Part shown: one piece after another, positions 42,547 through 62,171 of the stretch
Layout: every line of letters begins with the position of its first letter
Position numbering within the stretch: the stretch's first letter is position 1
NCBI RefSeq assembly: GCF_002113885.1
Contig: NW_018403537.1
Location: 1,258,095 to 1,322,094 of the forward strand
From: Mizuhopecten yessoensis
Taxonomy: Eukaryota
Reading direction: 5' to 3'
DNA length: 64,000 nt
Made by a program: the position numbers and the translations under genes
The notes under the pieces: model-generated
What the model was told of the DNA's origin: nothing
The model's database searches: none
What the model saw: the letters and a program-made list of their open reading frames with translations, nothing else

Positions 42547-45500
42547 TGTTGTAAGATATTATAGTGCTTAGTATGATGTACATGTAATTGAATGTTGCAA
42601 TTATTTTACCATTCTTGGGAAGAAATTATTTTGGACCTCGAAATGGAGTTCTGTGTTACATATTTAAATGCTTTTAACTCCTTAAGTTTTCATCCGCAAA
42701 ACTGCCCATTTCATATATATGTATGCATACATTTGGGGTTTCGTCGGTATATCCCGACAATTAAAAATATATTGTAATATTGTACAGAAGGATGTAATTA
42801 TTGGACCATTTTGCATAGATTCTCACTCTTTCTAACTTCTACAAGTTTTGTCAGAGTACGTGGGATCTACACTTTCTATACTATTTACAGGTGATTTATT
42901 TTCCATGTGCAGAAAATGTTTTGTTTGAGTCTTCTAATTCTACATGATTTTAATTTTCACATATTATATTTTTAACAGTGCGTTCGTGTGTTCATGCATG
43001 TACATGTATGTTGTAAGTGAAGATTTCAATATTGACCTTTTTTTTTGAAAAGGGAAAAGTCCCATTATACCTGCTTGTTAAGTGAGATCCTAGATTCAGG
43101 ATTTTTTTTTGCACTGACATAAGCAAATACCTTGTTTTCTATAAAGGTCTTTTTTCTAAACTGTTTTTACAAAATTTAGTTGTAAACAACAATGCATACT
43201 TAATTTATCTTCAATGAAAAAAGATGATCTGTTTCTACATTAAATCATTCTAATTATGCTTGTCAAGGTAAACTCCCCGTGTACAGAAGACACCAGAGTT
43301 TACACATGTTGAGGATGATATTTTAATGGAATACTGTAAATGTTATTCCTGGTTTTAATCTTCAGATGTTTTCATGGAAGATTTTGTAACCTTTTATTTA
43401 CATTTCCACTGCCTTAATATTATGTTATGAAGTAACTAAATTCCTATTGCAATCATGACACTATGAATACACTTGAATTTGTCTTTTTGTGATTTTGATG
43501 TCATTTACAGCATTTTAACCCTTTCACCTCCTATGTAACTTTAGAAGACTCTCCCATGCATTGATATGGATGAGTCCATTATGGTCTACAGTGGTGAAAG
43601 GGTTAAGTGTGACATTTTAGATTACCTGTCAGTATCTGTTCTATTTTTAATTGAATTAACATGCTCAATATTTTAACTCTGTTTGGAAAAATGAGGAAAT
43701 ATTTTATGAGTGAGGGTTAGCAATTCTTTACAGGAATGATGTCATATAAGGAACAAAGAGCATAACTCCCCTTCTCAAACTGACGTTGTGTGCCGATTTG
43801 TTAGCATGACCTTTCATCCATTTCATTCCTTATTTGAAACATTTTAAAATATATTAAGGCACTAAGAATGAACTCAACTATTTGGCAAACAGTTCTAGAG
43901 TAACTTTTGCCAAATGTTTTCATCGAGGGGCATTTTGCAATTTTTCATAATTGAACAAGAAATAACAAATCGTGTAGGTATCATGTATTTTAAAATTCTT
44001 CATCACAGTATTATGTAGAATCTGGATCAGAACCAAGGATTTTAAGTATGAAAAATTAAAGCATCTGTCACTCTTTACACAATAATTTTAGCTTATAGAT
44101 ACATGAACTTTTGTTTCAATGTATCCAGCTGGTGCATATATTCCAACATCAAAGGTTCAATAACAGTATAACTAGCTTTCAATGAAATAAAATTATAATT
44201 TTGAATTATTTTCACTTAGAAGATATACATTTTTTGTTATTAATTGAAATAAAGTAGGTTTTTTTCAGAAGTACACGTACAGTACAAGATGAAGGATATT
44301 TCACAATAAACAGAAAAAAGCGTTGTTGTTGTATTGTTCTGATATGTTCCGATGTCTACTACAATAGTTTACCGGTGATAAGCCCATATCTGGGAATAAG
44401 CCCACCCCACTTTTTCTTACTTTCCTGCATAGGATCGGTGCACGGTAATAAGCCCACCCCAATTTTTCTTACTTTTCAGCATAGGATTGGTGCACGGTAA
44501 TAAGCCCAACCCACATTTCTGAAGTTCGTAATTGTCTCTTAAAAGAATATTGTACAATACATGTGTTAAGCTAACCAGCAGGTAATCTTGATTGGAAAAC
44601 AACAGCTTGATTAAGTTCACTGCCAGTGAGTTAAACCTGGACATCAAAAAAGTACCTGGTGATGATGTAGTCTGATAGAGATTTAAACCACATATTTGCA
44701 TATTCCTTTAATGTGTGTATCAAGCAGAAAACATAGTTTTAGCATATAACTGACTTTGATATTATCAAGAAAACATTTTTTATCAAGTAAATCAAAAACA
44801 AACAGTGGAGACATAGCTTAGTTTTATTTAACTCATTCACCCCCAAACTTTTATAATGAACTATTCCAACCTTTGAATTGGAAGAGTTCAAATGTGTCTT
44901 CAGGGGTGAATGTGTTAATGTGCCGATTCCTATCATTAATTTGCCATGGAATAAAAACTTGTATTATATAATTAAAATAAATCACTGAATATTATATCTC
45001 TCTAGAACTTTCTCCTATCTTAGGGATCTTCAGGGGATTTGAGGTCATTTGAGCGTATCCAATATGCTCCTTTTCTTTTTTCATATATATTTTATTGACA
45101 CATTTAGCGCTTACGTACGATCATTGTACGTCACAATTTACAGACATCCATATTACGTGTGCTTTATTTCAAATTGCCTGTGGAGCCCGAAGTTGGGTGA
45201 ACGTATTAGCGTCATATAGCCTAGTGTTTCGTTTTAACTCTATTTCTATGATGGACTCAATATAGTCGATAGGTTTGAAATTTCCTTAAAAGTAGCAAGC
45301 TGTTGAGAAGTTGATGTCTGGGTACAGATCTACAGACAGCCTTTTGACATCAACAGTGTGCCTTCCAGATTATCACAGTTTTCTGCCGAATGGTTATTAA
45401 AACAGTAGCTGTGTTATGTACCTGTACAAATTATTAGATTCATAGAGGAAGATTTACCGTTAAATACCATATATTTCACAGGAATGGTAGCTAGAACACC

Positions 45501-47125
45501 ATATTTTTCACATGTATGAAGCAGGAGTGAAAATGTAATGTAGATGTATGTACCTTAAAGTCTATTAGATCAAAAATGAATTGAATGTTCAAACACAACA
45601 ACTTGGAGCAAATCAAGTCTTCTAAAATACAGACTTTCCTGCCGCTTTTTCTCCAGTTTTGCTATAAATTACCACTCACTTGAGGGTTGTTCAAAAGACA
45701 AAGCGAGTAGCAATCAAGGGATAATGACATTTTTATTACCTAGTCATATCAGTTATCACAAAAGTCCTGTGGATTTACAACACATACTATTCAATGTATC
45801 AATGCACACATCTTGCACCAAAAGAGGCTTGTTATCTTGATGTGAAAATATCTACATATTTACACATATCACTGGAAAAAGGGCAGAATCAACTCCCTTA
45901 CAAAAACTTTTATAACGGCTAATTTTGAAAAAAAAAAATGGTCACACAGTTTTTTAGTGACACTATTTGTTTCACTGAAGACCCATGGTTACCCTGCTAC
46001 CAGAGAATGTTTCCCTATAAAGTTAAAGCTGAGAATTCGTCAGTACAATTAACACATCAATACCAAGGTCATAATTAACTCGTCAACACATGGTGAGGAT
46101 TTCGGCAGTACAATTAACACATCAATACCAAGGTCATAATTAACTCGTCAACACATGGTGAGGACTTCGGCAGTGTATCCACAAAACTGGTCATATACCA
46201 CGTTACATATAACGTGTTATATCCAAACATACCCGGTAACATTTCCAGAAAGAAAACATTGTTTTGAGAAATATTTTTTTAGTTCTTTTGAGATGTTCTT
46301 TTGTAATCTTGAGCAAGCTTTTCTGTTGATATTAAAAAACCTGTGTTGACAAGTATTAGGATATTCATTCATGTGTTTATTAAACCGAGAGTCAAACTGA
46401 AAGCTTGTTTCTGGGAGTGCTGTATAGAATTGATTTAAGAGTAACCATCCGACTTCACTGGATTTAAACTAGTATGGTAAAACTTTGTTTCCCCTCACAA
46501 CCATTCTTCAGTTAAATTTTCAGTAAACCTCTTCTATTAATCTTATCGAGTTTCTTACAGAAGCCAAAATATTCAGACTTAATATCCTTACTTGAATGAT
46601 CTGACACTAAGAGCCAAAATAATTAGGTTGATTTGTTGTAGTTTCTCAACAGACAAGTAATTCATAATTAACCCTTTCAACCCTATTTAACTTTAGTAGA
46701 CTCCACCGTGCATTGATCTGGATGAGTCCATTATGGTCTACAGTGGTGAAAGGGTTAACACAAGCAGTGTTACATACTTGTTGCATTTATACAGGAAATA
46801 AAATAAATTCTAGTGCAAGCGCATACCTAATGTCTTTTTTTTTCTACATCATCTCCTACAGGTTTTTACCATTATGGAAAATCCCCAAGCACATGTCACT
46901 TCAGTTTCTTCCGACACATTTGATACCTGTTGGTTGTTGAGGCACATATTCTCATGGCAGAAGTTCCGAACCTCTAGATGGCACCTACAGCCCTGTAATT
47001 CATACGGCTGTAATCACACACAAGTCATTCCTGAAACCTCGACGCTTAAAGTTACATGTAGGAGATGGAGAAGTTGGTAAAGATTAAATGAGAGTTTTAT
47101 ATTTTGAAATGTTTTGAGCCTTGCG

Positions 47126-52456
<5,331 letters not shown>

Positions 52457-53040
52457 TTTGACAATATATCTCTGGCCGGTTTCTGTGTTCAGTGTGTTTT
52501 AGTTTTGACTTCCGGTTTAGATGTCTGGATGTAAACGCACTTTTGATTGGATACTCAATCACATTCACGAGCTGTAACCGAGTGCACTAAATAATCGGAA
52601 GACCGCTCGGGTTTTTCGCCCGTTTTCAATAATGTCGGAAAGGCACAATCGAGTGTGTATAACACTCAATGAAGGAAATAATAATAATATGAAATATGAT
52701 CTGCCTATATTCGGGAGCAGAATGTTTTTGTTTTTTTTAAAAGTAGTTCAGTTTCAACAAAAATGGTAGGTACCTACTAAAAGGTAAGACCAAAAAAGAA
52801 TTCAATACAAACTGAATCAGCTCCCTAATAATGGAAGGAAGGTATAGCGTCTCAGTCATTTTCAAAAAGGGAAACCGCAAATCAGTCAGTAATTATATAT
52901 AGACCTATCAGAGTAACTTGTATATGTCGTAAAGTACTAGAAACAATTGTAAGGGAAACCATAATTAATTATATGCCGTTCAATAAATTATTCTACAGAA
53001 GACCGTTTGGATTCATCCCGCAGGGAAGGTCCACCGTTCT

Positions 53041-54515
53041 AACGTAATTTAAGTGGAGTCAAATTCGTCACATTAGTTAGTACACATGTATCAAAATGCC
53101 GATGAACATAGAAGAAGATTTGACTGAAATGCCTATACATAATGTGTGTGTGTAACAACGTTTAACAGTGAAATAAATGGCTTTTCTTAGTTGTGATAGT
53201 TAGTTTTCGGTTACTCGAAGAAACTTTTTTAATGCTGTTTGAGTAAGATGGCTGGGACCGGCTGAGATGAGGTCAATTTACATGCATCGCAATAAAGGTC
53301 AGTCCTGAACAAATATAAACTTCCAAATCAGTGACCAAAATAATATTTTTCATCGGGTGCGGACGAGAGGGTCCAGCTAGGGCTTTCAATGGCCGTCTTT
53401 TGGATAATTTGTCACATACATGTAGCATCTCCGATCGTCTTGCACGTCAACAGGAAACAAATCTGACAAATGCATTTAGACGAATTTTTTTTCGGCTTGG
53501 AAACGTATTCAACAGAGACTGCCCCATGTGTTGTGAATGTACTCACTTTTTCATGTAGAAATCAGTCTTTGGTAACTGTCGGTCTGTTGACGTAACCATC
53601 AGCCTTTCAGGCCGACAACAAATTCTTTTCGAACATAAAACTAACAAATTTCAAGATGGTTGTAAGATGGCTGAATGTTAGACGCAAACAATATTTTTAA
53701 AATATACTGGTTGATTGTTTTCTAAATACATATTGCATGAAAGTAAAAAATGAATTCCAAATCAAGCACTAAGTCGTCAGTATACATGGTAAATACTAAA
53801 GTACATTTGTAGAAAAAAACAATTTACTTGCATTGACGACTCAGTCGACCATGAAACTGCAATTAGCAGTGAGAAATGGGTATTTTTAAGTTGTATGTAA
53901 TGTATTTACACTAAATCACAACCAAAAGGCCTCAGATTATTGAGTTTAGTTGACGAGATGTCCGTTGCACAGACCAAATTTTTAAGATTCGTTGCGTTAC
54001 AAGATATTTTTTAACTGTTTTGATTAATAATAAAATAACTTTTCCCTTCTTATACCTCTTCTTGTCAAAATGTTTGAAGGCTTTAACTGTGTTGAAGACT
54101 ATGGTGACGTGTTTTACGTTACATCTTATGTATTATGACGTCATATGGTATTTTCGTCACAGGGTGGCGAAGTTGGGTGCACGGCGAATTTGCCTGCACT
54201 AACATTACAATTCAAGGTTAGACACCAACTAATTCTGTTTAGAAGTCCACAGGATTAGTTGAATTTTCGGAAGATTTTGATCTTTATCATGCAATATAAC
54301 TGTATTTTTAGCAGTTTTCCAAAAGTGATATTCATATTTCATAATCTATCCATCTATCTTTCTATCTATCTATCTATCTATCTATAAGAAGATTTTGCGA
54401 TTTTTTTTCAATAGCCCAAAGGACCACTTAGGTTAGTTGATTCACTATACAGCTAGTTCTTGCTGAAATTTACCAGTCTCGGACTAGAAGACTATAGTAG
54501 TGTTAGTGTCGAACC
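53041..54515. mobile_element. ~1.5-kb unclassified insertion inside the CR1 RT
   Basis: Defined by interruption of GRSTVL|QLIRV; contains a (TATC)n tract at 54343-54385; no clear TIR. Confidence 0.5.
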
Positions 54516-54650
54516 CTGCAATTAATCCGAGTTATTGATGACTGGATGGAAATTATTGATACATGATCGAGGTTGCATTGATGTACTGTCTTGTGACTTT
54601 ATGAAGGCATTCGATAAAGACGTGTGCAGCATCGCGGGTTGTTGGTATAA

Positions 54651-57600
54651 AGAAACAAGTTGACAAATTAAGGAAGGACATACAGAGAAAGAGTGAACAC
54701 AACATGACCAACAGGAGTGTGGTTCTTATCGGAGAGAATAAGACAGAACCAGCCGTAAAGACTTTTTACAGATTCAGCGTGTTGAGTGAATCCTCGAACA
54801 ATCAGGTAACTTGGAAAACACATCGACCGCGAATTCTTTCACAGATACGGAATTAGACCCTAAAACCGATCGGAACGCTAGAGGACTCTGCCAAGGAAAC
54901 GAGACGCGACAAAACTCTTGGAGCGACATGTTATACATTCGGAGTCTCTGAAGGAGAAGCGTTCCGTGGATACTATGAATCCATCTGATGCATCAGCTGT
55001 AACGACAACTCAACACCCGACAAAGGTCCATTTCCCAACATCTGTGTGTAATCCGATGGCAAAGCGATTTGTGGGATTCCAGCAGCAACAAAGAAAGAGA
55101 ATCAAGCGATTCTACGTACATGTAATCAACCGGCAAATATCCTCAGAAGCTGCCATGCGAAGCTATCTTGCGGAAGCTAATGTGCGCGTTACTTTGATAA
55201 GGTATTTTGAGAAACGGTGGAAAAACACGGCATCAGCGCAATTGAGCATAGTAGCGGAGGACGCAGATATTATCAGCGATGAGTCGTTCTGGCCCGAAGG
55301 AATCCGAATGAGGGAATGGCAGCCACGCGAAATTTTCTTGAGTGAGCACAGATATGGCTGAAATTGTTAATGCGATGTGTTGGAACATTGAAGGCATCAT
55401 GTCAGGGACACCATATCTAATAGACTGCCTTCAGGAATATAATATTAATGTTTGTGGGATATCTGAGCACTGGTTACGTGAATTTAATATGTCATTTATG
55501 GACACATTTAAATCTATTGGGTACGGATGTATAGCCAAACCTGTTTTGAATTAGACCCTTTTAAGTACAAATGTAGCATTAGAGGAGGAGTTGCTCTGCT
55601 ATATAAAGAATCCTCCTTCAGAGTCCAAGAGATCGAGGTTGACAGCCCGAGAATAGTAGGGGCTGAGATAACTATATCTGATGACTTATTTCTTTATTGC
55701 TTTGTTGCATACATGCCTGCTTCTTCAAGAACTATAGAGTTATTCATAGAACACGTTGAGCTTCTAGAAGGTCTGTATTCTGTTTACTCCGAAAAGGTGA
55801 AGGTGATGTTCATAGGAGACATGAACGTTAAAATTCGAGGTCCAAGGTGTAGCATTATTGAAAATGAAAGATCGAACATTTTTCAAAAGTTTTTAAACCG
55901 ATGTAACTTGATATCGGTGAACGTACAGGATAAGTGCCTTGGACATCATAGTACTTTTTCCCCTCAGACTGGCAAATCAACACTTATTGACCACATAATT
56001 ATCGAATCAAGTATGTTTGATTTAGTAGAAAGTGTGTCTATTTTGAAAGAAAATGATTTGAATTTGTCAGAACATGTCCCAGAGATAAGTTCAATACTGA
56101 TATCAGCCAATGTAACATTTAATTATAAACGTACTGATAAACATGCACGGTTTAATTGGAAGAAAGCAGACCCTACTTTTTACAGAGCAGCTAAATATAA
56201 GAATTTGGCTCACATCAATGTTACAGAAACTGAGAATAGTGAACAGGAATTGAGTCTAAGCAAGGAATACATAGAAAAAATATTATTGTGAAATTTTCTC
56301 TGCAATATTTAATGCTTCTTTAGAATCTATACTTACTGTAAGGTACAATCATTACTTAAAACCATATTTGAATGGCCAGTTATCTGTTTTTCATTGTCAT
56401 ATGAGATTAAGCAGACAAAAATGGGTCGGTAAAGGTAAACCAAGAGGTGGGAACTCGGAAAGTTTTAAAGAGTACAAATTGATGAAGAAAGAATTCAAGA
56501 GAAATCTTAAACAAGCATTTGATATATATGTCTGACCATTTATCAGAGATTGGTCAATCAAACGAAATAGACCAAAAACTGTTTTGGTAACTATTTAGAA
56601 ACAAATCCATGAAACGGCGACGTTCTCAAACATAATTTACATGTGACGGTAAAACGTTCATTGACCCAAAAGATATCGTAAACAAATGGGCATCTCACTT
56701 CGAAAACATATTCAAGAACGACTGCAATTGTTTATTTGATGAAGATTTCAAACATGACGTTTCGAGTAAAGTACGAGATACAGATGCCCAAATCTGCAAA
56801 GATGACACATTTTTGAAGGAACCTATTACTGTATCTGAAATCGAAAATATATGTAAAAAGTTGAAAACAAATAAGGCAGAAGGTGTAGACAATCTTGTTT
56901 ATGAACATTTAAAATTTGGAAACTCGTTGCTGTATGACCACCTATCAAAATTATTTAATGCCGTAATTAAGTATCAATATATACCAAAAGAGTGGAAAAT
57001 GGGAACAATAATTACTTTGCACAAAGAAAACGCAAAAATCTAAAGATGACCCTAATAGTTATAGGGGAATTACTCTGTTACCAGTCATTTTTAAAGTTTT
57101 TGAAATGATTTTAGCTTAAAGATTATAATCGGTACTTAATTGTAACAACTTTCCGAATAGGCAACAATCAACATATCAAAAAGGACTATGCAGTTTGTTA
57201 ACTGCATTTAATCTGCAAGAATGTATACATTATAATTGAGAAAGAGAAGAAGATGTTTATGTAGCCTTTTTAGATAGTGACAAGACATTTGATACCGTAT
57301 GGCATGATGGTTTGTTGTATAAGCTAAATGAGATCGGTATCACTTCAAAGACATGGCATATTTCGAAAGCAATATACACAGATATAAGAATTAGTGTTGT
57401 ATTTAATTGTTTAAATTCAAGATGGATCCGTATGGAGAGGGGGATTTTACAGGGGAGTGCGTTGTCTGCCAAGATTTATCTTGTATTCATAAACAGTTTA
57501 TTAGACAGTATAGAAAAATGTGGAAAGGGTGCACTTATTGCCTATCTAATAATTAATATACCAAAACAAGCAGATGATATATGTCTGGTTAGTACACAAC

Positions 57601-59033
57601 GTAAAAGCTTACAATACATGCTTGAGATGTGCGAAGCGTACAGTAGAAAGTGGCGTTTCACATTTTCTGTAGTTAAAAGTAAAATAGCGTATTTCTCTAG
57701 AAAAAAGAAGCGAAATCTTAGTACGAAATTATATCTATATGGGCATCTTCTTCCAGAAGTTGAGGATATAACACATGTTGGTGTGATGTTGAACAATAAT
57801 TTTAATAGTATGGAACGTAGAGTACGCGCATGTAATAAGCTTAAGAGTGGTGTCATGGGTTTAATTGAAAGTTGTGATCATCCATGTGCTTTAAATCCTT
57901 AAACGATTAGTAAAATACTTAAATCAAAAGTATATGCTTAAGCCCTATACGGGTTTGAATTATGGTGTCTTCCAAAAACCGAAATTTTAATGTTAAAAAG
58001 ATCACAACGTTTTATTTTAAAGTCAATTCAAGGGTTTCATACAAGAACCCGTACAGATATGTGAATAGGCTTTCTAGGGTGGTTAAGTTTAGAAGCATGC
58101 ATAGATACCAAGAAACTCGTCATTTTATGGCAGTTATAGGGACCAATGTGTATAATAATGGTTTTATGAAAGACGTAATTAGAGTTCTAAAGAAAAATGA
58201 TTTATACAAATTAGTACAAGAATGTTTATCAAATGGATTATTTCCAGTGAAAAGTACATGGAAAGCGAAAGTAAAGCATAATGTACAGTTATATGAAGAA
58301 AAAGCATGGAAGGAGATAATGAGTGGTGACCGCGATTTCTGCAGATTTATATTTGTTCATGATAATTTGGCTCCCCATATATTGTGGAAATTGTTAATAA
58401 AATTTCCTCAAAACAGAGAAGCCATACATAGTATAATGAAATTGATTGTATCTCTAAGACTTTCAGAAAAAACTAAATTATGTCATAAATGTGGACAAAT
58501 GTATAACGATAGATATACCCACATAGTTTTACAATGTGATTGTACAGAAGACTTGCGAGATCAGTTATGGTGTCAAGTCATTAATACATGTGAATTTATG
58601 TTTAGCGTATATTTACACCCTCATTCAGACTTTGAATTATTTCACCTACTGATTGGTGGAAATATAACGTATGAATTGAATACATCAGAGTTAACAGAAT
58701 TTCGTATGGCTTCAGTCAATCATATTTCAAAAATGTTTAATGCATACTTCGAATGATTATTCAATTCTTTGGTGTATATCATTCAATGAGAAACACAGCC
58801 ATGTCGAAAAGGAGGCATAATACTTTCATTCTTAACATTATTAATTATGTATTCTTTTGAAAACTGTACTCAGATTGATTAACCTATTCCTATTGTGTTA
58901 ACTAATTATGTTGTGCACTAATATTGCCTTACCATCTATTTGATTTTGCATTAATTGTCTTATTTATTATGGTAACTACATTATTCTGTTTGTAAAATCT
59001 TCTTAAAGGAGGAAATAAAGAGAATAATAATAA
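54651..59033 (+). mobile_element. Near full-length decayed non-LTR retrotransposon (RTE-X/Proto2-like): ORF1 C-terminal part, APE, RT, C-terminal Cys/His motif, (AAT)n tail
   Basis: ORF1 ...FWPEGIRMREW; APE motifs WNIEG, ISEHW, RGGVALL, IGDMN, IDHII, LSEH; RT GILQGSALS and QADDI; CHKCG...HIVLQC; many stops and frameshifts. Clade assignment is tentative. Confidence 0.85.
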
Positions 59034-59693
59034 AATTGGCATGTACGGTTTAACCGGTAAAATTACGAGCTGGATAAAGGCATTCCTTCTAAATCGATAA
59101 CAAGGTGTAACAGTAAATGGAGACGCATCATGCTGGAAGGAAGTGAGCAGTGGCATTCCGCAAGGATCAGTACTAGGACCAGTTCGATTTGTATTATACA
59201 TAAATGACCTCCCAGATATAACAAGTGTGGATACAAAAACATACCTATTTGCAGATGATATCAAATTATACCGTCCCATATTCAACACCCAGGATTGCAA
59301 GTGTCTGCAAGAAGACCTGCAAAAAGCACAGGCATGGAACAAAATGTGGTTCCTGTTCTTCCATCCAGATAAATGCAAAGGCACGTGAATTGGTAAAAAT
59401 GACAGCAACAAATTCAAATACATTTTAGAAGATGGAAAAGAACTTCCATATACCGAAACTGAAAAAGATATCGGAATCACTCTCGACAATAAACTATCAT
59501 TCAATGTCCACTTTTCTGAAAATATAAACAAAGCCAATTCCATCATTGGGATGCTCAGAAGAACAATGGAGTATACGGATCTCACTACTTTACAGCGCTA
59601 TACAAAGGCCTGGTGAGACCACATATTGAGTATGCTAACCAAGTCTTGATTCCACACCTGATCAAACACTTATACGTAGAATCGATAGAAAAC

Positions 59694-62171
59694 ACTTCTG
59701 TATGGGAGATGAAACAACCAGAGGAGTTTTACAGACTGGGAGTAACGGCGCCCATGTTTCGAATTGACAAAGGGGAGACAATTATGTATTTTTAGAATAT
59801 AACAAATTTCAGGCGTTGTTTAGCCACGCTTTTGATACATATATGGAAGAGCAATTCGCCGAAATTGATAAATCTGGAGATGTTGACCAAAATCTCATCT
59901 GGAAACTATTCAAAAGTCGTTGTCGTAATGTCTGTGGTTGTCAGACAGAAATTAATGAAATGTAATGGTACCATCCTACGCGAACCTGAACAGATTATAA
60001 AAGCATTGGGTGATCATTTTAACAAGCTTTTTAGTAATGAATTACACTAGTCTTTTGATGACGCCTATTTCCAAGACGTGTCAATCAATATTGTTGATAT
60101 CCAAAATAAGATTAATCACAGCAGAGATATGTTTCTGGAGGAGGTTTTTACCATTGATGAAAATAGAGCAGTATGTTTAAAACTAAAGAATAACAGAGCT
60201 GGCGGCTATGATAGCCTCGTCTATGAACATATTGAGAATGGAGGTGATACGTTATTAAGTTACGTTACACATTTGTTTAATCTTGTTGCAAAGTTTGACC
60301 ACATACCCGAATATTGGAAGCGCCCGGGAACAATTTTAACGTTTTATAAAGGTATTGGAAACCCCAAAGATGACCCAAACAGTTATAGAGGTATAACTCT
60401 CATATCAGTCTTTTTAAAAGAAAATTGAATCAGTTTTGTCTATTAGAATGAATTCTTTGTTGGATTCCAAAACATGTCCAAAAAAGCAACAATCACCTTA
60501 TCCGAAAAATGATATGCATTTGATGCACTTCTTTTAATTTGCAAGAATGTATCATATACAATCCAGAAAATGGTTCAGATTCCTTTATCGCCTTTTTAGA
60601 TAGCAATAAAGCATTTGAAACTGTTTGGCACGACGGGTTGCTTCTAAAACTGTATAATTTCGGTTTCAAGGGCGAAATTTTGACTATCAAAAACATATGT
60701 ATACTGGCTTTGTTAGTAATGTTGCATTTCAAGGTCATATGTTATCCTTTGTTTTTATGAAAAGGGATATATTACAGGGTGGGTCCTTATCGGCAACAAT
60801 TTATTTTGTTTTTATTAAAGATTTATCAAATGAAGTAGAATCGTCAGGAAAAGGAGCAATGCTTATCGACTCCACGGTTAATATCCCTACACAGGCTGAC
60901 GATAGATGTTTAATCAGCAATACTAGTCTCGTTTTCTGTTAACAAAAGTAAAAGTGGCGTCTTTACTAAGGGCAGAGAGCAAGCGTTGCCACAAGATGTG
61001 TATTTGTATGGAAAATCTTGACCAGTTGTTGATAATATTACTCTTGTGGGTGTTATGTTAAATTATAAATTTTGTTCATAATATAGAACAGAGACAGATT
61101 AAAGAAAATTAAAAAGAGGTACAATGGCTCTTATAAGGTCTGGTGCTCACCCTAGAACTCTGAAACCTTTAACTGTAGCCAGAATAATTAAGACAAAAGT
61201 GTTTCCGTCTGCTTTATATGGGTGTGAATTATGGCAACTGTCTAAAACAGAATTAATTAAACTAGAACGTGCTCAAAATGTTATCGTGTATATATTCAAG
61301 CTTACAGTGCTAAGACTAGAACCGATATGGCTAACTCACTAATTGGATGGACATCAATCGAAGCGTACATTGATATAAGAAAACTTTTGTTCCTTGGTCG
61401 ATTTTGTGGGATGAATAGAAAATATTTAACCCAATCAGTATTTCTGAAACGCCTTCTTATGCATCGTTTGTATGTTGTTTTTTTGTGAAGGCGGTTTTAT
61501 TCCTGATATTGAGAGAATACTTCGCAAATATGATTTATATCAAAACGGATGATGCATGGTAGAATAATTAGTGATTCTGATTTTTCTAGATTTTTGTTTA
61601 TTCACGATACAATTTGTCCACATACTTTATGAAAATTAGCTTTGAAGTTCCCTGAGCACTTGGATATGATAAATGATGTAGTAAGGTTGTGCGTAGAAAT
61701 GAGATCTACCAATGTAATTGAGTTGTGTCATTTTTGTGGTATTTTATACACTGACATTACTACACACGTTGTCCTTGATGTACAAAAAAATGTGAAACTA
61801 AGAGACGATCTTTGGTGCCTTATTAGTACCGAGTTTGATATAGAACTATTTGTTTACTTGCACTCCTTGTTAGACTACAATTTGGTTCACATACTACTTG
61901 GAGGTATCCTCCATAATAAGTTATGTAAATTAGATTTTGAAGTGCTATTTCTGTTGACATGAAATGCATGTTTATCTGAGAATGAATTGCCCTATGTGGA
62001 ATGTGCTAGCATTTTGATCACAGGTGAACAATGTTTTAGCAATTTATGTTTTCACGTAATTTTTGAACATAAGTATATTTAATTATGAATTGACCATTAC
62101 TTAACTTAATATATATGTTCTTGTAACTCTTCTAATTGGAGGAAATAAAGAAATAATAATAATAATAATAA
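59694..62171 (+). mobile_element. Second, 5'-truncated and diverged LINE of the same RTE-X/Proto2-like family
   Basis: DDPNSYRGITL, AFETVWHDGL, ILQGGSLS, QADD, ALYGCELW, CHFCG; ends GGAGGAAATAAAG(AAT)n like the first copy. Confidence 0.85.

Larger units (their letters stand above)
52825..59693 (+). mobile_element. Decayed CR1-type LINE host split into three collinear pieces (about 52825-53040, 54516-54650, 59031-59693)
   Basis: IFKKGNRKSVSNY-RPI...FGFI-GRSTVL | QLIRVIDDW...DFMKAFDK | KIGMYG...SGIPQGSVLGP...LFADDIK...LVRPHIEYA; each piece resumes where the previous one stops. Confidence 0.8.

Noticed and set aside
46861-47080. + strand acceptor-like site and 68-aa ORF
   Set aside because: Antisense to the NEDD8 3' UTR, no recognisable protein features and no partner exon.
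58929-59585. 218-aa - strand ORF
   Set aside because: Antisense shadow of the CR1 reverse transcriptase region.
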